From Lama guanicoe (Eukaryota), in assembly GCA_013239625.1 (NCBI GenBank), contig MU053561.1, positions 4,633,214 through 4,697,213 on the forward strand: a stretch of DNA of 64,000 bases, written 5' to 3'. Positions 1 to 11,917 of this stretch are shown here, one piece after another. A program made the position numbers and the translations under genes. Positions within the stretch are counted from its first letter, which is position 1. The number at the start of each line of letters is the position of its first letter. The notes under the pieces were generated by a model that searched no databases, was not told the origin of the DNA, and saw nothing but the letters and a program-made list of their open reading frames with translations.

Positions 1-518
1 GAGTCAAGAATTAACTCTACAGATGTATTTGCACAAGGACTGAAAAATACAAGCACAAAGTGTTCACAGAAGCATTGTTTGTAATAGTGAAAAAGTGGCA
101 ATATCCTAAATGTGTGTTAATGATTAAGTAAATTATAGTACATTCATACTCTGAAATATATTACAACTGGTAAAAAATAATAAACATACAAAATATTTAG
201 TAACTACAAAAGTAGTCCTTGACACTTTTAAAGAACACTGGTCTATTATTTTATAGACTATTTCTACAATTGGGACAATTATCTCAAAATTGTCTGATGT
301 TTTCTTATAAATGTTGAGGTTCTGCATTATTTTAAAGGATACCACAAGGTGATGTCCCCTTCTCAGTGCATCATATTGGAAGAACAACATGATATTTCTG
401 TATTTTACTGGTGATGTTAACCTTGATTATTTGTATCTGCCAGGATTCTCCACTATAAAGTATTTGTTTGACAAGAGAATAAAAACCTCTGGGGATAGAT
501 CAAAAATATCTGGGAATT

Positions 519-645
519 GGGGGTGGGCGGAGGGTATAGTTCAGTGGTAGAGTGTGTGCTTAGCATTCACAAGGTCCTGGGTTCAATCCCCAGTACCTCC
601 ATTAAACAAACAAACAAACACAAACAAACCTAATCACCCCCCAAA
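519..645 (+). mobile_element. tRNA-Ala-derived SINE (camelid Vic-1 type)
   Basis: A box tagttcagtgg, AGC anticodon remnant, B box ggttcaatcc, then cctccattaaa(caaa)n-cctaat-C-run tail. Confidence 0.9.
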
Positions 646-984
646 ATATTTTTGAAAATCTAGAAATTACTTACAAATATATTGGGGAATATGTTATGTG
701 AATCTAAAACTGTAGTGTAAATAATCCATAAATACTGTGGCTTTTATGAGCTGGTTCTTTTAGAACCTAGACAGCATTGTAAAAATATGAATCTATGCAC
801 AGTTTTAAAGGACTATGGTGATTCTTTTATCATTGTGGTAGGTTGTATTTTCTAAATTCTTAAAGAGCCTTTTAAAATTTGGACTATGCAGTAATCACAT
901 AATAATAAATAATTAATATATATATATAAATAATTATTATATGCTATTTATCCAAACACTTTCAGTAAAGAAACAATATTTCAT

Positions 985-1080
985 TTCTTTATGTGTTTTT
1001 AGAGGAGGTACTGGGGATTGAACCCAGGACCTTGTGCATGCTAGCATGTGCTCTACCACTTGAGCTATATCCTTCCCCCC
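985..1080 (-). mobile_element. Vic-1-type SINE
   Basis: Reverse complement ggatatagctcaagtggtagag...gggttcaatccccagtacctcctctaaaa. Confidence 0.9.
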
Positions 1081-2755
1081 ATTATTTATTTATGTATTTA
1101 TTTTTAGAAGAGGAAATGATATTTCAAAATAAAGATGTTTGGGATAAAACATTAGTACAGATACTAGAGCAAAAAACAAACAAACAAACTCCAGACTTTA
1201 AAGAAACTTTAGGCAAAAACTCAGACTTGAATTTGGGGGATTTTAGCTGATATAGTAGGCATCTTCTTGTGTGTGTTGTTTGGTTTTCCTTTGAAGTAAG
1301 GTTGAAATTCCTTTTTCTTCTCAGAGAGTTAGTAGTCAAGTGAGGCTGTCAAGGGGATCATGTGTATTCGCACACTTTGGAGCCAAACTGAGGGCTCCTG
1401 TGTATGTCAAAACTGTATGTGTCAAAACTCATCAAATAGTACACTTTAAATATGTGAGTTTATTGCATGTCACTTATACTTTTTTGTTCATGTTGCAATC
1501 TAGCAAATGTCTAGAAAAATAGAGTTAACAGGGGCAGGAGTTTTTTGGACCGGCGTAGTAATATTGCTTAAAGAAAGGGGCAGTGTGAATGTCCTTGACC
1601 TGTGTCTTTGTTCTTGGCAAAACCTTAGTCCAGTCATTTCCGAGGCCATCAGAGGAACTACTAGAACCAACAATTAGTAAATAAATTCAAGGAAAAAGTA
1701 ACTTTATCCAAATTTCAAGGAAGAATTATTTGGTGAGCCAGGTAAAACGAGAAGTTCATTTAAAGGAAAGAAAATCAAATTGGCATAGACTTCCCAAAAC
1801 AGAAAAACTGAATGCCAGAAAACAAAAAAGCAACACTTAAAATATACTCAAGGAAAGAAAACCAAAAATTATTTTTTATTCAGCCAAACTGTTCTTCGCA
1901 CATAGATTACAGATTAAGTTTTAAGCCAACAAGAACCCAGAGAATATTGATTATTTGAACCTTTCTCGAGGAAACTGCTCAAGAACTAACAGCAGGTAGC
2001 AGAGAACATGGGCAAACTCTAGCTGAAGAGCTGCCAGTGGGAATCAATTCAGATATAAGACAAATAAACAAAAATAAAGGTAGAGGTAAAAAAAATAAAT
2101 GTGGGGATGAGGGTGACAGAATGTTTCATGCTCTGACAATGTAGGAAGACTAGAACTACAAAAAAAATGGGAGAAGAGAGAGATAATTTGGAAGTAGAAT
2201 AAGTTTTGAAAACCTCATCTGTAATAGCTCAGAATCAAAAGGTATCATTTAAGGGTGACAAATCAAGTAGGTAAAGGATGAGCATATTCAGTGGCACAAA
2301 AGTAAACCCTGAGTCAGGTAATGTTACTGATTGTAATTGGATGAAGAGTAGGAGGTGAGGCAGGAGGAAGAAGATACAAACTGTTCTACATGACAGGGGA
2401 GTAAGAAATATTGCTTAAACAGAGGGGGAGAGGATAGTATATAAAGGTGTAATTATGAAGGTAACCATGTGAAAAATAAAACAGCATTTTAAATAGCAGA
2501 ACTATAGTAACAAAAAATATAGAGAAGACAAAAAAAAGAATTAAATTTCTTGTTACTATATATAACAGACTTACAGAAAAATACATAAAATGTGAATTGT
2601 GGAATAACCAATCATTATAAAGCACATGCTGGTTAAACACTACCCAGGTCAGGAAATGCAACATTACTGACATTCCTTCTTGATCATAATCTCTTTCCCC
2701 ACACAGATAACCACTATCCTGACTTTTATGGTAATTGCATGCTTTTTTTTTTCCA

Positions 2756-4224
2756 CAGGAATACCTCATTTTATTGAGCTTTACATTATTGTACTTCCCA
2801 AATATTGCATTTTCTACAGATTGAAGGTTTGTGGCAACCCTGTGTTGAGCAAGACTGTCAGCCCTATTTTTTTTTAAAGAATTTTTAACACCTTTATTGT
2901 GGTATAATTCTTGTACAGTAAACTACACATATTTCAGATGTACAATTTGATGAATTTTCATATATGTATATACCTATGAAACCACCACCATCAGCCCCAT
3001 TTTCTCTCCTCATTTTATTTATGTATTTATTTTTTAAAGTTTCTTCCCATTTTATCAAGATATAATTGACCTATAGCACTGTGAAAGTTTAAGGTGTACA
3101 GCATAATGATTTGACTTATGTACATCATGAAATGATGACCACATTGAATTTAGTGAGCATTCATCATCTCATATAGATAGAAAATTAAAGAAATAAAATG
3201 AATATGGTTTTCCCTTGCGATGAGAACTCAAAGATTTACTCTCTGAACAACTGTCATATATAACATACAGCACTGTTAATTTATCATGTTGTACATTACA
3301 TCCCTAGTACTTATTTATCTTATAACTGGAAGTTTGTGCCTTTTGATGCCCTTATCCAGTTCCCCCTGCCCACACCCACTGCCTCTGGTTACCACAAATC
3401 TGGTCTCTTTTTCTGAGTTTGTTTGTTTTAGAAGTATAATCGACAACACTATGTTAGTTCCTGTTATACAACATAGTGTGTCAATATTTCTGTACATTTC
3501 AAAATGATCATCAGTTACCATATGTCACCATACAAAGATATTGTGTAATTATTGACTATATTCCCCACACTGTACATTTTATACCCATGACTCATTTATT
3601 TTGTCACTGGAAGTTTGTATCTCTTAATCTCCCTCACTCATTTCTCTCCTCTCCTCATCCCCCTCTTCTCTAGCAACCCACCTTCCTGTTCTCTGTATCT
3701 GACTCTTTCTACTTTGTTACGCTTGTTCAGTTGTTTTGTTTTTTAGATTCTACATTTAAGGGGAATCATATTTTATTTGTCTTTATCTGACTTATTTCTC
3801 TTTGCATGATACCCTCTAGGTCCATCCATGTTGTTGCAAATATATCAGCCCGATTCTCCCAACAGCATTTGCCCACTTTGTGTCTCTGTGTTACGTTTTG
3901 GTAATTCTCACAATATTTCAAACTTTTTCACTCTTATTGTGTATGTTATGGTGATCTGCCATCAGTGTGATCTTTCATGTTGCAGCTATGACTCACTGAA
4001 GGCACAGATGATGGTTAGCATTTTTTAGCAATAAAGTACTTCTAAGTTAAAGTATGTACGTTGTTTTTTCAGACATGTTATTGCACACTTAATAGACTAC
4101 AGTATAGTGTAAACTTAACTTTAATATATACTGGGAAACCAAAAATTTCATGTGACTCACTTTATTGTGCTATTCACTTTATTGCAGTGGTCTGGAACCA
4201 GACCTGCAATAGTGCTGAGGTATG

Positions 4225-4228
<4 letters not shown>
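2756..4228 (+). mobile_element. Internally deleted Tigger1 DNA transposon interrupted by L1 fragments
   Basis: TIRs caggaatacctca ... tgaggtatgcctg; Tigger1 signature gaaggtttgtggcaaccctg; element resumes at ~3845. Confidence 0.85.
2871..3840 (-). mobile_element. Two L1 3'-end fragments (~2871-2990 and ~3010-3840)
   Basis: Each begins with a T-rich tail followed by antisense L1 3' UTR; second ends in ccatccatgttgttgcaaa. Confidence 0.8.
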
Positions 4229-4262
<34 letters not shown>

Positions 4263-4310
4263 CACACATATGCGTGTATATATATACACACATATGCATA
4301 TATATATATG
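4227..4310. repeat. (TG)n microsatellite followed by TA/CA low-complexity repeat
   Basis: Directly visible, abutting the Tigger1 right TIR. Confidence 0.95.
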
Positions 4311-5432
4311 TAGTTTTACAATCTATGTATACATTCCTAGTTTTGCCTGATTTGAGACCTTATATAAATAGAATCATATTATATTTATTCTTTTGTATCT
4401 TGCTTATTTTATTTTAAAACATCTTTCAAGATTCATCCTTGTACATATATCTTTAGTTTGTGCACTTTCTTGGAAAGTTAGTATTCCATTGTCTGAACAT
4501 AACAACAATTAACTCACCATGCTTCTGCTCATAGTCATTTGCACTATACACAATGAATATGTTGCAGTAACTCACCTTAGTTTTATTAGCATTTCACTGA
4601 TTACCAGCAACATTAAGCACTGCTTCATTTGTTTGTTAAATGTCCTCATTTGTGAATTGCCTGTTCAGGGCTTTTTGCACATTTTTTTTTCCAGTGGTTG
4701 CCTTTGTTTTCTTACTGATTTTTAAGATGCTTTTCTATAGTTAGCTTATGAACCTCTTGTGAGGTATACATGTTGTAACTATCCATGTCTTGTCTTTCTA
4801 CTTTTTTATATGGTGCTTTTGGATGGACAAAAGTTCTTATATTTCATGTAGACTGATTTATAATTTTTTCCTTTATAATTTATATTTTTAAAAACTAGAT
4901 CAATAAATCTTTCTCTATTCTGAAGTCATAAAGATACTATACTCTTCTATATTCTCTCCTAAAAGGTTTATAGCTGTGTTTTTCATGGTAGAACTCTAAC
5001 TCTTCTAAGGGTGCTTTTTGTGAATGACATTGGTTGCTTTAAAAGCTGAGAACAAGGATCTGGGCTGAAAACAAGGAAACATTTTTAAAGTCTATATATG
5101 GAACAGTTAGACCCACCAGGCTCCTTCCCCACCTGGGCATAACTAGGCACAGCCTCTCCAAATAGATGACATGGGAAAGCCTTTAGAATTAGGAACACCA
5201 GACGCACTGGAGTGCAGGAGTTGGCCTTGGGGCTAAAAATGGAGGGAGTAAGTGAAAGTTAGGTCCCTCTTCCAGCTCTGGCCCCTGAACTCAGGCAGCC
5301 AGGCATATGCTCTCTGGGAGATTAGAGAGTTCTTTTACAAAGGAATTGAATGGCCTCAGGAAAAATACCGACATATAAAAACTATTCTGGATACTCAATT
5401 CATATGTCCTCCTGATCACCTTACATTGTAGC

Positions 5433-6600
5433 CTACTGTGTAACAAAGTACTCCAAAACTTAGTGGCTTAAAACAACAAACACTGATTATCTCACAGTTT
5501 CTATGAGTCAAGAATCAGGGCATGGCTTAGCTGAGTACCTCTGGCTCAAGGTCTCTTGTGAGATTGCAGTCAAGCTGTCAGCTAGGGCTGCGGTCTCATC
5601 TGAAGATCCAACTGAAGTGAGATCTGCTTCCAAGCTCATTTGTGTGGTTGCCGGATCCTCGCCAAGTGGCTTCTCCACAGAGCTGGCTCAGGATAGGACA
5701 GCTGTCTTCTCCCTGGGCAAGCAATACAAGAAAGAGCACTGAAGATGGAAGCTGCAGCCTATTTATAAACTAATCTCAGAAGTGACATCCCATCACTGCA
5801 GTCATAGTCTCTTTGCTAGAAATGAGTCAGTAAGTCCAGTGCACACTCAAAAGGAGAGGGTTAAACAAAGGCACTGCAAATGTAGGGGTCCCCAAGGCCA
5901 GCCTCATGTTTGATAATTTAGTAGGACTCATAAAACTTACTGAAAGCTGTTATTTTCATGGTTATAGTTGATGATAGTGAAAGGATACAGATCAAAACCA
6001 CCCAAGAGAAAAGGTCCATAAGGCAATGTCCAGAAGAGCTGTTATTTATTTATTTATTTAATGGAGGTACTGGGGATTGAATCCAGGACCCCAAGGAAAA
6101 TGCTAAGCACATGGTCTACCTCCAAGCTATACCCTCCCTCTGAGGAGGGTTTTAAGTCCAGTCTTCCTCTTCCAGTGGAGTTGTGCAGATAGCACACACT
6201 TCTCACAGCAACAGTGTGTGACAATACATATGGAACATTACCAGCTGGGGAAGCTTACCCCAGCTTTTGTGTCCAGAATTTGTACTGGGGCTCAGTTATG
6301 TAGACATGACTGACTGCTCGCATGGCTGACCGTGATCTCTAGCCCTTCTGGAAGTTGAGCTGACACTGTATGGTCCAGAGCCACCAGCATAAATCACATT
6401 GTTAGCATAGACTATCTGGCATGGCCCCCAGGTAAACAAGGCACTCTTATCAGGCAGAATATTCCAAGGGCTTTGAAATGACCTCCCAGGAACCCAGGGC
6501 AAAGACCAACCTCTCTTTGGGAAAGGTTAATCCTTCACTGCGTAGGCATGACTACCAGGTCAGGATCACTGGGGGCCATTTTAGAGCCTGCCTGGCACAC
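5433..6600 (-). mobile_element. MLT1-type MaLR LTR containing a MER21-like LTR (~5881-6543)
   Basis: gtaacaaa..ccaaaacttagtggcttaaaacaacaa MLT1 signature; resumes as gggggccattttagagcctgcc..aca after the nested LTR. Confidence 0.7.
6041..6140 (-). mobile_element. Vic-1-type SINE nested in an LTR
   Basis: tRNA-Ala-like head with (TAAA)n tail, interrupting MER21-like sequence. Confidence 0.85.
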
Positions 6601-9520
6601 CCACCATTTACAAGACTCCCCCCACCTGAGTGCCTGATTAGTTTTTAAGTGCCTCATTCTTAAGTGTGACTGGATCACCACCCATTTAAGAAAAGTCTCC
6701 AATATGAGAAAGAGGCCAAAACAAACCATGAGGAAGGAAGGAACTTAGAGAAAACAGAGATGATGTGGGAGTAAAACTAAACTAAAAAACCATCCAACCA
6801 ACTAACCAACAAAACAAAACAAACCTTGCAATGTTATCAGAGAGATAAAGTGTTGCATCCACAAGACAAAACAGGATAATGTGGAAAGATAACAAGGAAG
6901 AGCATTTGGGGGTTAAAACAGAGGATGAACTAAAATTTTAAAACATAATTGTGGGAGATTGAGGAGGGGAAATGTGTGTTTTTGGTTTGTGTTGAAGTGG
7001 GTAGGATGTAAGTTAACTAAGTCTTCATTGCCCAAAGTTGGTAGTAAATCAGGAATAGAGTCAAGTTTTGTAGGGCCAGAGACATATGGTTCGAGGAGTT
7101 TTCTTTATGGAAAGTAATGCAAAGTTACATGCTTGAAGTTAAGAGTGGGTCCTTGAAAAAGTTCTGTGAAAGTGAGGGACTCTAAAACTGAAGCCATACT
7201 TGTTTCACATTAAATCTCCCTCTGCGGTCAATGGAGAGCATCTAACATTAGAAAGTCAAGAAATAAGAATTTAAAAACTTTGCTTAGAAATATAAGTACC
7301 AAAAGAAAAATCCAAAAAAGTTGAATGATAGGGGTCGTAGAAATCAGAGTACAGTGTAATGGGGGCAAGAATTACTATTTTTTATGATAAAACCCAGAAT
7401 ACTATGGTGACTTTTTGCCCCATAGTTTTTATATTCATTCTTTCCTGTTTTCTATTCATTCATTCCCTTTTAACTCGATATCCAGTCCCAAGTCCCCTTC
7501 TTTCTTGTAGTTCCAGTCCAATGTGTTTAGTGGCATCTTTTGACCAAAGCGGTGAAACTGATAGGTGGTTAGCTCCTCCCCTTGAGATTAACCTTGGAGA
7601 AACTATGGGTTTCCAGGAAATAATAAGCAAACCATAAAAACCTGCTGAGCAGATAAAAGATTGTTTTGAACTAGTATGTGTGTGTGTTGGGGGAATTAAG
7701 GTGGTAGTGGTGGTGGTGGTTGCACTCTGGGACAAAGAGCATTATCTTAGCTATGAAAGTATAACTTGGAGAAAAACAGTTTACATTCCTCTTGCCTGCC
7801 ATCCCCTGGCATTGGGACAATCATTGCCAACCTTTAGTGTAGAAATCTCTACTGTCCAGTACTTCTGGTCCAGGGGTGGGTTTGCCACAGTACTAAACCC
7901 TGCTGGAGCGAGGAGTTAGGACAGCGGTGGGGATGGGCTGGCCTTGGGCACTACTCCTGCTCTCTTAACCTCCAGACCACCATGGCTGGTAGATGACAAT
8001 CCAGGGAGTGCTTTCTCCAAATGATTCTTCTCTCGGAGAGTTTGATTGATTTCATTGCTGCTTAGAGCAATGGGAAGTGACGTGAATCATGAGTTTTGTA
8101 GTGCCTAACACTCTCCATCCTAGGACTGCTCCCCTTCTTTACCTAAATTTTCTCTGGGTTGACAAAGACTATGGTGTGGCTTTCCAACCTTTACCAATGG
8201 ACATTGCCAAAAAGACTAGCCATCACACCCAGGGAAATATGCACTCACAGATCAAAATAAAGAGAGTAGAGCTAGCTCGAAAGGAAGAAAAAGTAGGGTT
8301 GGGAACCACATCTATCAAAGGAAGCAGAGGAATTAGAAGATGATAAATAATTTAAATAATTATTTTTTAAAGTGCATTTTTATTTGTATTTGTTCTTACA
8401 AAATGTATACAGCTTTTTACTATGAGTTATTTTTAATTAACAGAGATGAAAAATAGTGTTTTGTAATACCTCTTGTTCCATTCTTTTTTATCTGTGGTTA
8501 AAAAACTATAAAATTTACTATCTTCACCATTTACGAATGTACAGTATCATTCTGTTTCTTACTATTTTTTACTTAAAAACATTTTTTAAGAACCATCCGT
8601 GTTGCTAGCTATACATCTAGTCTGTTGCTACCAATTTCTGCATAGATCTCCATGGTGAGCACCCCCTCTCCCAGCCAGGGTCTCTCAGCCTTTAGTTATT
8701 CGTGATCACAGATAACGCTGCAGTGAATATTCTTTTTTTTTTTTTTTGCAGTGAATATTCTTGTATATTTCCTTGCATAGGCCCACGGGAGAATTTGAGA
8801 TGTACACCCCAAAGGGAAACTGCTGGAGATACACACCCAGGAGGGAAATTGTTGGATACAAAGGATGGATACCCTTAGTTTGACTAATTTGAAAAAAACA
8901 TGCTCTCTAAAAGGGTGTACCAGGTGTACGAAGTGCATGAAGGTTCCCAGCTAATATAACAGTGAAATGACGTATCATTTTTGTTTCAAATTAAATGTCT
9001 CAGATTATCAATGAATCTGAGCATCTCTTCATATGCTTGGTAGCTTTTTTATTTTCCTCTTCTCTAAATTATCTGTTCATATCCTTTGCTTGTTCTTCTG
9101 TTGGGGCTGCTGATTTTTTTCCTTGTTGACTTACCAGAGTTACTAGATCTTATTCCCTTACTGAATTTAGATTGCAAGTACCTCATTCTGTCATTTGTTA
9201 AACTTTGTGGTGAGTCTCTTTGAACAAAAATTTTACTTAAATATATATTTATTTTTAAATAATTGTGAAGTTACAGAAAAGTAGCAAAAATAATACAGAA
9301 AACTTTCATTTGAGCATATGTTGCTGACATGATGCCCAACTCTCCTGAATTTTGTATAATTACTGTGTGTAATTCCTACAAACAAGGTGTTCTCTTATAT
9401 AACATTACAATAGTCAATATCAGGAAATTAACACTACCTAAACTTCAGAACCCATTCAAGTTTCACCAATCGTCCCAATAATGTACTTTATAACCAAATA
9501 ATCCAACTCAAGATCATACA

Positions 9521-9910
9521 TTGCTAATAGAAGGGAACTTCCTCAACCTAATAAAAGACATTCTAGCTAGAGAAATTTGGCAAGAAGAAGAGATAAAACA
9601 CATCCTAATTGGAAAGGAAGAAGTAAAACTATCCCTCTTTGCAGATGACATGGTCTTATATATAGAAAATCCTCAAGTGTCCACAGAAAAACTATTAGAG
9701 CTAATAAAGGAATTCAGTAAAGTTGCAGGATACAGGATCAATACATAAAAATCATTTGTATTTCTATATACTAGCATTGAACAATCTGAAAAGAAAATTA
9801 AGAAAACAATTTCATATATAATACCATCCAAAAAATAAAATTCCTAGGAATAAATTTAACCAAGGAGGTGAAAAGCTTATACACTGAAAACTATAGAACA
9901 TTGCACAAAA
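9521..9910 (+). mobile_element. L1 ORF2 reverse-transcriptase fragment
   Basis: [22 protein letters not shown]...[18 protein letters not shown]. Confidence 0.9.
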
Positions 9911-10274
9911 TAATTTCCTCTGCAGTCCCTTTTCCTCCTTCCTGCTTTATTTTCCTTATAGCTCTTAGAACAATCATGAGTTATACATTTTAAATATTTT
10001 GGGGTCTGGCTCCCCTATGTACCAGAGCAAGAATTTTTGTATTTTTTAATTTATTACTGAAACAGTGTGTAGCACAGAATAAGAAGATATAAACGGTCAC
10101 AAGCCACTTAAACTTGTAATGTTCCACCATTTTGTAAAGATAACATATTCATGTATTGTCAATAAATATTAATTTTAGGAAAAGGAAGACATAATTGTAT
10201 AATGAGGGCTTATGGAACTGCTGTCTTAAGAAGAAGACATACTGTTTGCTAGTAAGTTAAAAGGAGCTGACCCT

Positions 10275-10396
10275 GGGAGGGTATAGCTCAAGTGGTAGAG
10301 TGCATGCTCAGCATGTACAGGGTCCTGGGTTCAATCCCCAGTACCTCCTCTAAAAATAAATAAACCTAATTACCTCCCCTCTCCAAAAAACCCCGT

Positions 10397-10437
<41 letters not shown>
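10275..10437 (+). mobile_element. Vic-1-type SINE with (CA)n tail microsatellite
   Basis: Intact A/B boxes; CA repeat 10401-10437; TSD aaaggagctg at 10260-10269 and 10438-10447. Confidence 0.92.
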
Positions 10438-10440
<3 letters not shown>

Positions 10441-11535
10441 GGAGCTGGCTAGAGAACTGCTGAATAGCAGGGAAGGTGGGCTTGAGTTGGGTCACGACTC
10501 TGCACAACCAGGTCTAAGAAGGAACCATGTAACTGGTAACCACAAACCCATGGTATTGATTGGCTTCCAAAGTAGAAGCTATCATTTAATTAAGGAGTCA
10601 GAATTAATTGCAGATATTCTATAAAATATTTAAGGATATAAAAACAATAAAACATAAAACATATTTATAATCATGAAACATTAGAAATCACCTAGTGCCT
10701 TTTAAGGGTCATGGTCAAGGGTCAGAACCAGCTTTTTATTGAAGTTCTAGAATTTGGTATCACAGAGCATGAAAGAGATGCCACATTGGCCTGGAAAACT
10801 TCAAAGGCATTCCCGAGGGTCCATTTTTCCACTTTGACAACAAAAACATTTATATGGCTTCTATATAATACTTACCTTTTTTCAGCATTTTATTTTTTAA
10901 AATTTCAAACCTACAGAAAACTAAAAAGAATAGCACAGTGAACATTTTTCACCTAGATTCAATTGCTTCCATTTTTGCCACATTTGCCTTATTTCTTATT
11001 TCAATCTATTATTTTAAACTGTTAATTACTTCATTTATTATTACTAAACCTTTTGGAAGTAAGCTGCAGGTTTTATGGCACTTTACACCTAAGTAATTCA
11101 GCCTGTGTCTCCCTAGAATAAGGATGTCCTCATATAACCACATTACTTTTATCACACCTAGAAAAATAAACAATAATGTCTAATCATCTAATATTAGGTT
11201 CATATTTAAATGCTGCCACTTGTCCACAAAATGTCTTTTTATAGCTGCTTTTTTCCCCCAAGGATCACAATTTTATTTGGTGTTATGTCTCTTTACTCTT
11301 AATTTTTAGAGCAGTTTTCCTGGACTTTTAAAAGAGTTTAGGTATACTGTTTGAAGAGTCTGGGGCAGTTTTGTTGTAGAATGTCTCACATTCAGGATTT
11401 ATTTTTTTGTTTCCCCGTTAGTGCAGTAAATGAAATATTTTAGCAAAAATACATGTTATGCCCTTTTCTGCAAAATATCAGAAGGTGCATAATGTCAGGT
11501 TGTCTAATTATTATGATACTAAATGTGATCACTGG

Positions 11536-11917
11536 TGTTATGGACTGAATTATGTCCCACTAAAATTCATAAGTTGAAGCCTTAGGCCCCCCCACAAGTG
11601 ATAGTATGTAGAGATGAAGCCTTTGGGATATAATTAGGCTTAGATAAGGTCATGAATGTGAAGTCCCCATTGTCGGATTAGTGCCCTTAAAAACACAGAC
11701 ACCAGAGTTTGCTACTTCTCTGTCTTTCTCTCTGCCATGTGAGGATACAGCAAACAGGTGACCAGCCACAAGCCAGGAAAAGAGCTTTACCCAGAACCAA
11801 ATTGGCCAGGACCTTAATCCTGACTTCCCAGCCTCTAAAACTGTGAAGATAAATTCCTATTGTTTAAGCCACCCAATCTATGGTATTTTGTTATAGCAGC
11901 CCAAGCTGACTAATACA
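11536..11917 (+). mobile_element. MLT1A/B-type MaLR solo LTR
   Basis: TG...CA; tgttatggactgaat...gttatagcagcc..gactaataca. Confidence 0.85.

Noticed and set aside
531..601. tRNA-Ala(AGC) genes at the six SINE positions
   Set aside because: Stem mismatches, shared SINE tails and TSDs identify them as SINE copies, not tRNA genes.
4061..4417. Numerous 60-130 aa hydrophobic ORFs across the window
   Set aside because: They fall in antisense L1, LTR or microsatellite sequence, with no exon structure or recognisable domains.
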